64,000 nucleotides of DNA, filler included, from Basidioascus undulatus (GCA_000826855.1; 10 parts of 10 records of this genome joined end to end with filler, not necessarily neighbours in it), one strand, 5' to 3'. Positions 51,693 through 63,999 are shown, counted from the first letter of the whole stretch. Notes: generated by a model from the letters alone, not told the origin. A program made the numbers and translations.

Positions 51693-52250
51693 TCACAATT
51701 GGACGGGCTTACCGCTGGGCACCAAGGCCTCCATCGCCTCAACCGCCCGCTCTCCTTCAGCTCGCAGAATTTGCTTGGCCTCCTCTAGGGGCAGAACCCG
51801 GAACGTCTGCGGTTCGAAACAAGGCGGCTCAGCGCTGACAGGCAGGAGCGAGATGACCAGAGCTTGACGATGACAATTGGAGAAGTGGGTGTGGAGTTTG
51901 AGAGCAGTGTATAGGGCGAACTCGATGACACCGCGTTGGCGGCCTGCCAGTGTGCGAACGCAGACATGAGAGTCCGAAGTGTGTGGTTTGCTAAGGGCGG
52001 TGTTCAGGCCGCATGCGACTTTGTGCGCAGGCCAATGCCGACGCTGGCACTCGTTGGAGTAGTATGACACTGAAAAGATCACCTTAGCCCTCTCTGTTCT
52101 TCGGTTATTGAGCAAGGGGGAGCGGGCGACTCACCTTCTCTGCAGGCTTCACGGACTCAGTGCTTCGGGCCGTCAGAACGCGCTGGCTCTGCACAGTTCT
52201 GCCAGACACCTGCCGCGCGAGAGAAGCTCATGCTTTTCTGGATGGAAGGC
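51693..52250 (-). pseudogene. Decayed MYND zinc-finger gene
   Basis: SYYSNECQRRHWPAHKVACG is the MYND C-terminal half (YCSxECQxxHWxxHKxxC) with a Cys-to-Tyr change; upstream exon lacks intact Cys pairs and contains stops. Confidence 0.6.
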
Positions 52251-53181
52251 ATTACGCGACTGAGCAGTGGGCTGGATGAAGCTCTATCTTGCAAGACGGG
52301 TTGACGATGAAGGGCGAAGCACACGAGGGGCTGTCACGGAACGTTAATCTGCCGGAGTCCGCTTACCTGGATCTCGCCTCAAAGATGCCAAAATGCGATA
52401 ATGCCGGCCCTTTTTAAATGCTACACAGAGCATCTTCCAAGCTGGTTCTGAGGTTGAGGCAGACATCGGGGGTTTTTTTTTTTTTTTGCTGTCTACTCGT
52501 CAACACTACAGTGCCCACCCGCTCGCTTCTCGCTAAAGACCACTTGATCTTTGAGGCTTGTACTGTAAGTGAGAAAAAATTCTTGAAAGGAAGCGCTGAT
52601 GATCTGAAGGGGAGCAAGAGCACATCGGTGGCTGGGGCGGCGGTGACGGCGGCAACTGACGGTGAAAGGGTGCGTCGACCGTGGCTGGAGATCCTTGCCG
52701 ACCGGAGTTTCTGGTTCCCTCATGAAAGACTGTGACGCTTGAGCAGTTTGACTTGTGATACCTCGGAGCACTCTGAGATATATACTTTGTAGAGTATGGC
52801 TGCATTTGAGAAGTGTAAGCGCTGTACAGACGCATCGGCCAGCCATTGTACGGAACGTAGGCAAATGCGCATATTGAAATGTGGCATCCACTATCGCTCG
52901 GCTGTTCTATGGAATGTGTGTTACCTTGGATGAATCTTGGAATCAAAGAACTGGGAATATTGTACATGCGGGATAGCCGCCCATCGTGCTGCCTAACTTT
53001 CAACCGCAGGAGAGGCATGTTCGTTCATAGTCCGGAGCCTCTCTACCAGGCAAGATAACCTTAGCACCAAATAAAGGGTTTTCCGTTCAAGTAAAAGTAA
53101 ACGTAGGTGGAAATGGAGCGATCAGGGAAAACAGTCATGCCCGGCGCGGCTGTTTATTGAGGGCAGATCGTCAGCGGGCAG

Positions 53182-53997
53182 ATGCCACGGTTTGCTGTTC
53201 AGGAGGCAGGCAATTCACTTTCTCAGATTATCTTAGTTTTTTTGGTCGCTTGTAGTGTTGTGTTTACTCAGTCACAAGTCAGGATTCCAGATGAGCTCTC
53301 GACCCAGCTCTTTTCCTTCTGCCACCATCTTGCTTCCCTTTCAAGCAGCCGTTCCTTGTACTTGGATTGTACTGACATGGCCTATTTAAACGGTCTTCCT
53401 CATGGGTACACTGACTGTCAGAAGTGTCTCGTGGAGTCAGCCCCCGTCACACCGAGTTTCGTTCGGACTTGGTGTCTCGCATTGGACACTCGAGCGTATC
53501 TCCTGGTGGCGATATATCATTCATTCTTTCAAACTGCGCTTCCTCGGTCTCGCTGATCGTCCCCCATGGCGTCACCTACTCCCCCTCAGCGCCGCCGCTA
53601 CCGCTGCACCGTGCAGGAAGTGCCCCCACTGGCTCTCGTACTGGCTCGTCCCAATCGTCCAGCAATAAGCGGGTTTCAAAATTTGCTCACGTTTTAATTG
53701 CCCTCTATTCCCCTGGGTGAGGGGTGTGTCTTTGGTGGGAGCGAGAGCGCGCCGGGACAGACCTCGACAGGGCTCACCTCGGCCACACCGCCTACACCAA
53801 CGCCGTCGCTCACGGCTACACCACCGACGCCTACTCCAACACCAGATTCTACTCTTACTTCTGAATTGGTCCCTGCGACCTCGGCAACCAATCCGCGCAG
53901 CACTCCCAGCTCTACCAGCAGCAGACATCCGGCAGAGAACGTGTTCAATTTCGGCACCCACCCTCATCCCGTGGGCCGTCATCACTTTGGGCTCTGA
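53182..53997 (+). CDS. Possible small secreted Cys-containing, Thr/Pro-rich protein or relic
   Basis: Hydrophobic IILVFLVACSVVFTQSQ, scattered Cys fragments, and a T/P-rich terminal frame (SATPPTPTPSLTATPPTPTPTP). Exon structure unresolved. Confidence 0.3.
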
Positions 53998-54629
53998 TGA
54001 CTCCATTGATATGCTTTTAAAACTTCGTCTTCGTGATTAACATTGAATGCTGGATTGCAAAAAGCGAGATTGCTCATTGTCGAGTGATTCTCATGAGCTT
54101 ACCGAGTACTCATCGGCTGTGTCTCGCAGCCTCGACGAATGCAGGCCTAACTATCGGGTAAAGTTTTGCCTCTCTAAACTTACATCACAATTCTAATTAG
54201 CCCTTCTGTCTCTAGAAACAAGTCGTGTAGGTTACAGCCTTTTGACTGCGTCGGATTCGAGTCGCCAAAATGAAATCCTGACCGCCGAAAGGGAGGACGT
54301 GGTTGCTCTTGGCCACTCGCGAACTCACCCTTCCCGTCAACTTCTTGTACGCGTCTCGGACGCTTGGCTCTCTACACCTCACGCGTCTTCACGACATATT
54401 TACGATCAGAAAATCAGGACACAGACGTTCGCTGATATCTGTAGGTTTCATGCTCTGGACAGCGCGCCTTTTGGCTGACGCGAGCGCGGTTCCTAGGGCT
54501 CTCATCTCGCTCTTGCCCTCGGTGGCTGCTGAGCCCCACTTTACATCCCGTTTTGTACGCTCTCTCTGCCTGCTCTGACATACTTGGAATCTAACAAATT
54601 AAGCATCAGTCCTCCTCTTCCTCCCCAAA

Positions 54630-55487
54630 ATGCCGGTGGACTCGAAAGCCTGGCGGCCTGACCGCTTCTCGAAGCTGCATGCGCTCCTCATCGACAGTTC
54701 GTCCTGCTCACCTCTCATTCCCAGTTCATACCCTCACAGATCAAACTAATACTCGTTCCACACATCCGCAAACAGTCTTCGCCGCCCCCTTTCCCCACTA
54801 CGTCCGCGATCTCTACCAGGAGCTCGACCGCTGCCGGGACGGATTCCTCGCCCTGCTGGACGTACCGGGTCGGAATGCGGAGGAGAAGCGCGAGCTGGAG
54901 AGCGGTGAGTCGGGCTGCGAAGGTTGCAGGGGTGCAGGGTCGGAGGGGAAGGGAGAAGGGGTAGCATCTGACGCGCTGGTGAGGGTCAGGACGCGCGACT
55001 ATCAACGGGGTGCCGCACAAGGTCAACCAGGACTTTGTGGCTGAGACGCTGTTCCTTGCGCAGGAGCTCGACATCTCTGTGCGTTCTTTAGCAAACCCTC
55101 CTTCCTCCCAGGCGCAGCTCACCTCTCCGTCCCTTCAGGAACACCTTGCCGCCTCCCTCCTGCAGCACGGCATGAACCGGCGCTCTCGCTTCGCACGCCC
55201 CGCCGCAGAGACCGCCGTGCTCCTCTTCCACTCCGAGCGGCGTTACATGCTGCTCTCGCTGCAGCTCATCCTCAAAGGCGCGCTCGACCCGTCCCTCCAC
55301 CCCTCCGGCATCCGCACCCTCCTAGAGCAATACGTCGACGAGCTCCTCCGCGCCGACACGAGCCTTCCGGGCGGGCGCAAGGGCCACCTGCCGGAGAAGG
55401 CGCTGGCACAGATTGACTCGGTCAAGAGCATCGTCGTGAAAGCGCTCGCGGCCTTGCAAGGCCCCTCGCCCGCCGCCGCCGCCCTCG
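54630..55487 (+). CDS. NUP192: Nucleoporin Nup192/Nup205 N-terminus; 3' partial
   Basis: FLALLDVPGRNAEEKRELESG|RATINGVPHKVNQDFVAETLFLAQELDISE|HLAASLL...AVLLFHSERRYMLLSLQLIL matches the Nup192 N-terminal pattern. Confidence 0.85.
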
Positions 55488-55587
55488 NNNNNNNNNNNNN
55501 NNNNNNNNNNNNNNNNNNNNNNNNNNNNNNNTTAATTAATTAANNNNNNNNNNNNNNNNNNNNNNNNNNNNNNNNNNNNNNNNNNNN
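55488..55587. other. Artificial contig spacer
   Basis: N44-TTAATTAATTAA-N44. Confidence 0.99.
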
Positions 55588-56660
55588 TTTTCTTCCTTTG
55601 GGTTTTGGGTTTTGACAGGATTCCAAAATAGATTCATGGGCTAGACAGGAACCTTCTGTCGGAGCTGGAATCGATGCGGAAGCCGATCGTCCCAGTCCGG
55701 CCATTTTCGAGGCTTGGACATCTGAACCCAGCGAGTCGTCTTCCTCCACCTCAAGTTCCTTGGCTCGCACTGGGTATACCGCTTGCTGAGGGAGCATTTG
55801 AGCCTACCGATATATCTGTTTAACTTGGGTTCGCACACAGTCTGTGTAGTGAGTGGGGCGCACACATCTTGAAGAGTTCGCAGCGGAAGTGAAACCGTTG
55901 GCTTCGACGTGGCTAGTGGCTTGAGCCGTGACTTTGATCTGTTTGTGTGTGTGGAACACAAACGTAGTATATACACTTTGGATGTTTTTAGGACCATGAC
56001 TTGCTAAGGCCATGCGGACTACAGGCCACTGTTGGGGCGTCGCGCACCGCAGCAATCCCTTCAATTTGTGCAGAGGAGATGAGCTGCGGTAGGGATTTCT
56101 GTTGATCGTTACTGCTATGGGTATTCCCGGCAAATTCTGAAGAAACTCATGCAGCGACAATTGTCTTCCAAGCTGATGCAGCCGCGACGACTCGCGGGTC
56201 GGTTTCTCTTTCAGCTTTCATATCGCCGTCGTCCAATGCAAAGTTTTACAAGTTTTCTAAAGTACAGGAGCAGAAGGTCCCTATCGGGGGTTCTTTCCTT
56301 TTCGACAACCTGTAGCCTCGTCTCGCGGGGCTCAGCGAGGCAGCTCCGCATGCGAGATGGACAAGCAAATGACTGATGAAGTTGACCTCATCCCCATTCG
56401 TCTCGTCTTCTCGCATCACAATATGGTGTATTACCCGTACCACACGTACCACACTCCGAATGGTAAGTGATAAGTGTGTTATGGCGCCAGTGACGACTGT
56501 CGATGAGCGAGCTGGAGCATGGAGCCCGCTCGAAGAAGGTACTTGAGCGGCGAGCGTCTTCTCTTTTGACCTGCACAGACAGCCATCTCACGACTCACAC
56601 GACCGTCTTAACGACCACTACTTTCCTACTTATCACATTGCATTTCCACCTCTCATTAAC

Positions 56661-57150
56661 ATGCCCAACAACTCCGAGTACGTCTCGTCGTCGCTGTCGC
56701 TGTAGGCGCGGCAGAGCACTGACGGGGCTTCGGTGGTTCCAGCGCGACTTTCAAGAAGGCGACTCAGGTCCTTGACCCTGCCAGGTATGGCAAGCCTACG
56801 GACCACAACGTGCACGACGACTACCTGAACGGCCAGAGCTCTGTACGTGTCCTCTCCTACCAACTCCCCGTCTGGGACGCAGACTCTTCTCGGCTGGCTG
56901 GCTTCGGTTCTCGCAGCGCGGCAACATCGTTTCTGGCACCGCGGCGTCCGTGGGCGACGTTCAGGAGCCGCAGGGTGACCGGACGCAGGGGCAGCGGTAC
57001 GCAGACGCTCAGGACAAGGCGCAGGTCAACAAGGGCGGGGAGGGCGTCGAGCCGACGCCGGGGCAGCAGCGGGATACGGCCGACATTGCGAGCGGCTGCA
57101 GAAGTAGGGTGCCTGAGGGACAAGTTAATGGAAAAAACAAAACGAAGTAA
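56661..57150 (+). CDS. Small hydrophilic (hydrophilin-like) hypothetical protein, 3 exons
   Basis: MPNNSD|ATFKKATQVLDPARYGKPTDHNVHDDYLNGQSS|RGNIVSGTAASVGDVQEPQGDRTQGQRYADAQDKAQVNKGGEG...; two GTACGT..CAG introns keep the frame. Confidence 0.55.
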
Positions 57151-57845
57151 AGGGATTGGATGTTTCGTGTGTCCGGCATTTTCTTTGAGAGACGCGTCGA
57201 GGTTAATCGCCAGCGGGCCTTGCACGAGAAGGGACATGCGTAAGCATGACCGACCAGATCGTGAACATGGAGATGTGTTATAGGCTCATAGGGAAAAGTT
57301 CCCTGGATGTTGCGAGGGTTTAGCTTACAGTATATGGTTTGAAAAAGCACTCATGTTCCTTACGACGAGCACTCGACCGTGAAAGCAGCAACGTTCCGCC
57401 AACTATCGCTTCCGTATGAGGATGAATCATGCATGTTGGAACGAAGAAATTTATCAAATAACTCAGGAGAGAGTATTATTACTAGACGAAGCGAGCGATG
57501 AAGATGAAGCGAGCGAGCGTATCTACAAGGTCCACAACATGATAGAACGATAGCGTGTACTGGGGCAGGAGGCCGAGGAATAGGCTTTGCAGGGATCGAG
57601 ATGTCAGTAAACGGCGCATACATCTCAGCGCATGATAACGGTGCCCGAACGTACATGGTGGGCCGTAGCGGTTAGACGTCAGAGTTGCGAGAACGCTTGA
57701 CCGGCTAGTGCTCGCCGCTCCGCATCGCCTCCTTCCTCTTCTTCTTCGCCTCCCTGAAGACGTTGGGGAGCAGTCAGTACTTTAAAACCATAGGAAAAAT
57801 ACCAAGCAGGCGTACAGGTTCTGCTTGGACCAGTCAACCTTGGAC

Positions 57846-58261
57846 TTGACGGCGGCCATCGCTTCTTGATCATCTCAGCGCGTACGTGTATCCCTGCCGA
57901 GTACTGACTTGCAATCAGCTGCTGACAGTGGCCATGGCCTCTTGATGATTTCAGAAGGTATCTGTTTCCCTCCTTGATACTAACCTGCAATCAGATGCTG
58001 ACGGCGGTCATTGCTTCTGGATCATCTCAGCGCGTACGTGTATCCCTGCTCAGTAACGATCTGCAAACAGCTGCTGACAGTGGCTACCGATCCTTGATCA
58101 TCTCAGCACGTACGTGTATCTCTGCCGAGTACTGACCAGCAATCCGCTGCTGACATTCGCCATCGCCTCTTGACCATCTTAGGCTGTACGTATCTCCCTG
58201 CCGATTACTGCCATTCACTCAAATGCTGACAGTGGCCATCGCCTTTTGATCATCTTAGCTC
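57846..58261 (+). repeat. 76-bp tandem repeat, ~5.5 diverged copies, each carrying intron-like signals
   Basis: GTACGT/GTATCT at 57882, 57958, 58034, 58110, 58186 (exact 76-bp spacing); GCTGAC and a terminal CAG/TAG in each unit. Confidence 0.9.
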
Positions 58262-58703
58262 GTCGTAGTAGTCCTTCTCGGTCAGGCACACACACCTGTA
58301 TGCGGCGAAGGCTTGCTGCGCGTCGGCCTGGATCGAAGAGGCACATAGTCAGGCGCGTTTTCTAGAGCCATAGCAGTCGAAGAATGGTCCCGCACCAGGG
58401 TCTTGAACTCGAGGGAAAGGTAGCGGACTGGGATGCACCGTTGGTCCATGGGCACGCCGTACGGCGGCAGGTAGTTGGGGTTGACGAGGTGCTCTGCGAC
58501 CTGCTCGGGAAGCGATACATCAGCAGCTGAATGTCTCGGGGCAGCCAGAGGAGATGGAGAAGAAAAGACAGCGGTCCGATGAGCTCCTCGAGAACCTTGC
58601 GGCTGATGATAGGCACGTCACGCCAGCCGACATAGACCTTCTTGACCATCGGCTGGGGGCGGCTGGCGAGGTTTGCAGACTGTCCAGAGTCGGAACGGTT
58701 CAT
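58250..58703 (-). CDS. Small spliced hypothetical protein
   Basis: MNRSDSGQSANLASRPQPMVKKVYVGWRDVPIISRKVLEEL..|VAEHLVNPNYLPPYGVPMDQRCIPVRYLSLEFKTL|ADAQQAFAAYRCVCLTEKDYYDELR*; the stop falls inside the last 76-bp repeat. Confidence 0.4.
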
Positions 58704-59804
58704 CGCGAGACGCGTGGCCGTGCCTGCTGCCCCTGCGGCCCCTGGCAAGCCAGCGCTGTGCGCTGTCACGGTGCCTGAGCGCCCCAGCAGACTTTGGAGC
58801 GCTCTTTCTTGCACACGTTTGTGATTCCTCAAACATTGCAGTACAGAGTATCTTGTAAAAGTGACCGTATGGAATGATCGTCCCCAGGGCGGAGAAGGGA
58901 AGAGGGGATTCTGGCGGCAATGCCAGGCCAGTGAACAGCGCCGGCGTGCTGTTGACCCGTTGCTCACGGCACTACTGCACGTGCAGATGGGTACCCGCCG
59001 TGATTAAACCCACTGACACTTGCTTATACTGCTGAAGTATGCGTCGAGGATGAAATGAAACTACGGCTGGTGCTGTTTACACCTTGAAAGGAGAACAGCA
59101 GTACAGATAATACGGCTACCTGCGCCGCTTGAGGTCTTGTAGGGGCGCAGCCCTTGCTTGCTTTCGAAGAGGCGTCCTAGAAATTTCTCCGTAGCGCTTC
59201 GGATGTCATGTATGATGGTCGGAGAGCTTTCCTTTGCCAGATCCCAGGAGAAAGCAGGATGTTTCTAGGTTTCCTCCTTCTCAATCTTGCCTCACGCCAG
59301 TCTGCACACGACGTAGCCCGCCGAGCGTTCTCAGCCCATGCCCCCAAATTCACCCTGCTTAACAGCGGTTCTGAACAGGATCGAAAGACGAGAGAAGAGG
59401 CGATCGGGAGGGTGCATGACTGCCTCGTGTACACGGGCAACAGCAGTGCATCTTGCTGGTGTTGCTCAGCCGCTGGCTTGGCGATTATGCCTACAAAGAA
59501 CCGGCCACGAACCAGCATCTGCCCAGTCGTCCATGTGAGTCTCCACGGAAGCAACACGGGAAGGCCTATCCATCTCGACGCACTTGAAAAGGTGTTTCTG
59601 ATATTGAGAAGGTCTCAAAAAGAAAAGATGGGATTTTATCCGAAGGAAAATAAAAATTGAGGACCGTGGGCGGACAGACTGAGGAGCGGTTCGGGGTGGC
59701 AGCGGAAGGCACCAAGCAAGGGCAAAAGAAATGGACATATCCGGAATTGAACCGGAGACCTCCTCCACTCAGCTAATGCTAAGAAGGCGTGATAAGCCAC
59801 TACA

Positions 59805-59904
59805 NNNNNNNNNNNNNNNNNNNNNNNNNNNNNNNNNNNNNNNNNNNNTTAATTAATTAANNNNNNNNNNNNNNNNNNNNNNNNNNNNNNNNNNNNNNNN
59901 NNNN
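59805..59904. other. Artificial contig spacer
   Basis: N44-TTAATTAATTAA-N44. Confidence 0.99.
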
Positions 59905-60534
59905 GCTGTTATATTATTTACTGTAACATGAATGATAATTTCAATTATAAGAAATTTTTTAGCCAATAAATCACCTATTGCACATAAATTTATGAATCAT
60001 GGTACTTTAATAGAGTTAATTTGAACAATATCACCAGCATTTATATTAATATTAATAGCATTTCCATCATTTAAATTATTATATTTAATGGATGAAGTTA
60101 TGGATCCTTCATTAGTTGTTTATGCTGAAGGTCATCAATGATATTGAAGTTACCAATATCCTGATTTTACTAATGTAGATGATGAATTTATAGAATTTGA
60201 TTCTTATATAGTACCAGAAAGTGATTTAGAACAAGGTCAATTTAGAATGTTAGAAGTTGATAATAGAGTAATTATTCCTGAATTAACTCACACTAGAATT
60301 GTTATATCAGCTGCTGATGTTATACATTCTTATGCTTGCCCTTCTTTAGGTATTAAAGCAGATGCTTACCCAGGTAGATTAAATCAAGCTTCTGTTTACA
60401 TAAACCGTCCTGGTACTTTCTTTGGACAATGTTCAGAGATATGTGGGATTTTACATAGCTCAATGCCTATAGCTATACAGTCAGTTTCAATAAGAGATTT
60501 CTTGTTATGATTAAGAGAACAAATGGAAGGTTAG
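59905..60534 (+). CDS. cox2: Mitochondrial cytochrome c oxidase subunit 2; 5' partial (code 4)
   Basis: [44 protein letters not shown] (CuA ligands); TGA read as Trp; TAG at 60532-60534. Confidence 0.98.
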
Positions 60535-60565
60535 AAATATAAATATGAAAAAATAATTTTTTTTT

Positions 60566-61369
60566 ATGCAAAATAAAAATATGAAAAGCATGACAACAAA
60601 ATTAAATAGATACAGCCTTACATCTCTAACAAAAATATACTTAGAATTATATCTAAATCCTAAACTAGGTGAAAGATTATATTCTATTTATAGAATAATA
60701 TTAATAATATTATCTGTATATAGTTTCACACATAATAATCCTATTTTTATATTAGAATTATTAGATAATATTAATAATAATTATTTAAATCAATTACATG
60801 AGGATTCCTTTATAAATATTAAGGATAATAAGTTTAAACATTCTAACGCAAGTGGAGGTCAAGGGTCTAGTGGTGATAATGGTCCACCTGGACCTAATCC
60901 TAACCCATCTTCAGGTAAAGAACCTATGTATGAAGTTGAAAATTCAAGGCAACGGGAAGAAAAAGGTAAAAGACGGAGAGAAGAATCTACTTATCACCTT
61001 ACTACTGGGGAACCAGTAGTGTTAGTTAGTTCTTCTTATGAACCTGCTATTGGGGAACATCAACCTAAAAGACGTTACAAAGGACCATTAACTGGGATTG
61101 TACATAATATACAATATTACTATGATCCTGTATTAAAATGTCGTATTTCACCTGAACTTACGCATTTTAATCCTGGTTGAAGAATGGCAGGTAAAGACCC
61201 AATACGTATATATAAATATAGAAATATAAAATATACTCATGATTTAAGCTCTTCAGATCGTTCTGAACATTTTTGTTTAGTAGAATATCCTGATGGTACT
61301 ACATGTACTATATACGATATAGCTACAATGGCAGCCCATATAGCATACCATAAACTACATCATGCTTAA
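60566..61369 (+). CDS. Free-standing mitochondrial ORF of 267 aa, unknown function (code 4)
   Basis: Track ORFs 60566-61180 and 61184-61369 join when TGA at 61178 is read as Trp. An 804-nt open frame is unlikely by chance in such AT-rich DNA. Confidence 0.75.
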
Positions 61370-61505
61370 ATTTACGTATTTATATATTAAACTTACAAAT
61401 AAAAGGAATCTTTATTAAATTATTTTATTTATATAGAGATGTAATTCAAAAATAAGTAATTAACTTCTATAATATATATTATTATTAGTTGTAAATTACT
61501 TATAA

Positions 61506-61576
61506 AATATGTTAATTCAATGGTAGAATATCGTGCTACGGACACGTAAATATAAGTTCAAGTCTTATACATATTT
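61506..61576 (+). tRNA. trnR: Mitochondrial tRNA-Arg(ACG)
   Basis: Acceptor AATATGT/ACATATT, D arm ATTC..TGGTA..GAAT, anticodon arm CGTG-CTACGGA-CACG (ACG at 61538-61540), T arm ATAAG-TTCAAGT-CTTAT. Confidence 0.92.
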
Positions 61577-61657
61577 ATATAATATTAATTAATATTTGTA
61601 ATAATTATATTTATATATGTAGTATAGATAAATCAAATAAAATTTTATATAAGTATA

Positions 61658-61927
61658 ATGAATTTTTCAATATTTTTATTTGTCATAGGGATATTAGGAT
61701 TTGTATTAAATAGAAAAAACATTATATTAATGTTAATTTCTATAGAGATAATGTTATTATCTGCAACATTTTTAATATTAATCAGTTCACTTAGTTTTGA
61801 TGATATATTAGGACAAACTTTTGCTGTATATATTTTAACAATAGCAGGAGCTGAATCTGCAATAGGTTTAGGAATATTAGTAGCATATTATAGATTAAGA
61901 GGTAGTATAACAATACAATATAAATAA
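61658..61927 (+). CDS. nad4L: Mitochondrial NADH dehydrogenase subunit 4L
   Basis: LNRKNIILMLISIEIMLL, IAGAESAIGLGILVAYYRLRGSI. Confidence 0.98.
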   Translation: MNFSIFLFVIGILGFVLNRKNIILMLISIEIMLLSATFLILISSLSFDDILGQTFAVYILTIAGAESAIGLGILVAYYRLRGSITIQYK

Positions 61928-63907
61928 ATGTATTTAACATTGATAATTTTACCATTATTAGGTTCAATAGTATCAGGTTTCTTTGGTAGAAAAATAGGTA
62001 TAACAGGATCACATATAATAACATGTGGTTCAGTAATAACTACAACATTATTAGCTATAATAGCTTTTTTTGAAGTAGGTTTTAATAATATACCAGTAAC
62101 AATAAATATAGCTAGATGAGTAGATGTAGAATCACTATATGTATTATGAAACTTTAGATTTGATTCATTAACTGTATCTATGTTAATACCAGTATTAATA
62201 GTATCTAGTTTAGTACACATATATTCTATAAGTTACATGAGTCATGATCCACATAATCAAAGATTTTTTAGTTACTTAAGTTTATTCACTTTTATGATGA
62301 TTATACTAGTAACAGGAAATAATTATTTAATTATGTTTGTAGGTTGAGAAGGTGTAGGTGTTTGTTCATATCTTTTAGTAAATTTCTGATTTACTAGAAT
62401 AGCAGCAAATCAAAGCTCTTTATCAGCTTTATTAACTAATAGAGTAGGTGATTGTTTATTAACTGTAGGTATGTTTACAATAATATGATCTTTTGGTAAT
62501 TTAGATTATAGTACAGTATTTGCATTAGCACCTTACTATAATGAAACTATAATCACATTAGTAGGTATATGTTTATTAATAGGTGCAACAGCTAAAAGTT
62601 CTCAAGTAGGTTTACATATTTGATTACCTCAAGCTATGGAAGGTCCTACACCTGTTTCTGCTTTAATTCACGCTGCTACTATGGTTACTGCTGGAGTATA
62701 TTTATTAATGAGATCTTCACCTTTAATTGAATATAGTTCAACTGTTTTAGTTTTATGTTTATGATTAGGTGCTATTACTACAGTATTTAGTTCTTTAATA
62801 GGTTTATTCCAACAAGATATTAAAAAAGTTATTGCCTATTCAACTATGAGTCAATTAGGTATGATGGTTATAGCTATAGGTTTATCTAGTTATAATTTAG
62901 CTTTATTCCATTTAGTTAATCACGCTTTTTATAAAGCATTATTATTCTTAGGTGCTGGATCAGTTATACACGCAGTAGCTGATAACCAAGATTTTAGAAA
63001 ATATGGTGGTTTAAGAGAGTTCTTACCTTTAACATATTCAGTTATGTTAATAGCTTCATTAAGTTTAGTAGCTGTACCTTTCATGACTGGATTCTATTCT
63101 AAAGATTTTATTCTAGAATCTTCTTATGGACAATTCTACCTATCAGGTACTATAGTTTATTTTGTAGCTACTATAGGTGCTATGTTTACTACACTTTATT
63201 CAGCTAAGGTTTTATATTTAACTTTCTTAGCTAATCCTAATGGACCTTTATCTAGTTATAAACATGCTCATGAAGGTGATATTTTCTTAACTTTACCTTT
63301 AATTATCTTATCTATTTTTTCTATATTCTTTGGTTATTTAACTAAAGATATCTTTATAGGTTTAGGTACTGGTTTCTTTGTAGATAATAGTTTATTTATT
63401 CATCCTAGTCATGAAATTATGTTAGATACAGAATTTGCTGTACCTACATTCTTTAAATTATTACCATTTATATTTACAGTTTCTTTAAGTATTCTTTCTG
63501 TTTTATTTTCTGAATTCTTACCTAAATTACTTATTAACTTTAAATTCTCAAGATTTGGTTATAATATCTTTAGTTTCTTTAATCAAAGATTTTATATAGA
63601 ATTATTCTATAATAAATATATTGTAGAAGGTGTTCTTAAATTAGGTGGTCAAACTACTAAAAGTTTAGATAAAGGTTCAGTTGAATTCTTAGGACCTTAT
63701 GGTTTAGAAAAAGGATTATTATCTTTAAGTAATAGTTTAGGAAAATTAAGTACTGGTGTAATTACTACTTATGCTTTATATGTATTAATAGGTTTAATGT
63801 TCTACATATCATTAATATATTTCTCTTATAATGATAATAATTTATTTATATTAGTTATATTTACTTTATTTGCATTATTAAATAATAATTTAACATCAAC
63901 TAAATAA
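61928..63907 (+). CDS. nad5: Mitochondrial NADH dehydrogenase subunit 5, intronless, 659 aa (code 4)
   Basis: [88 protein letters not shown]; starts directly after the nad4L TAA. Confidence 0.98.
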
Positions 63908-63933
63908 TAATTTAACATTTAGTTAATAATATA

Positions 63934-63999
63934 AAGTTATCATTTACTTAATAATAAGTTATCATTTACTTAATAATAAGTTATCATTTACTTAATAAT
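63934..63999. repeat. 22-bp perfect tandem repeat AAGTTATCATTTACTTAATAAT, at least 3 copies
   Basis: Copies at 63934, 63956 and 63978; runs to the window edge. Confidence 0.9.

Noticed and set aside
57846..58261. Tandem-repeat mating pheromone precursor (rhodotorucine-like)
   Set aside because: The 76-bp period is not a multiple of 3, and the possible 13-aa spliced repeat has no CAAX cysteine.
60247..63907. Fragmented or pseudogenised cox2 and nad5, as the ORF track implies
   Set aside because: All breaks are TGA codons, read as Trp in mould mitochondrial code 4; the frames are intact.
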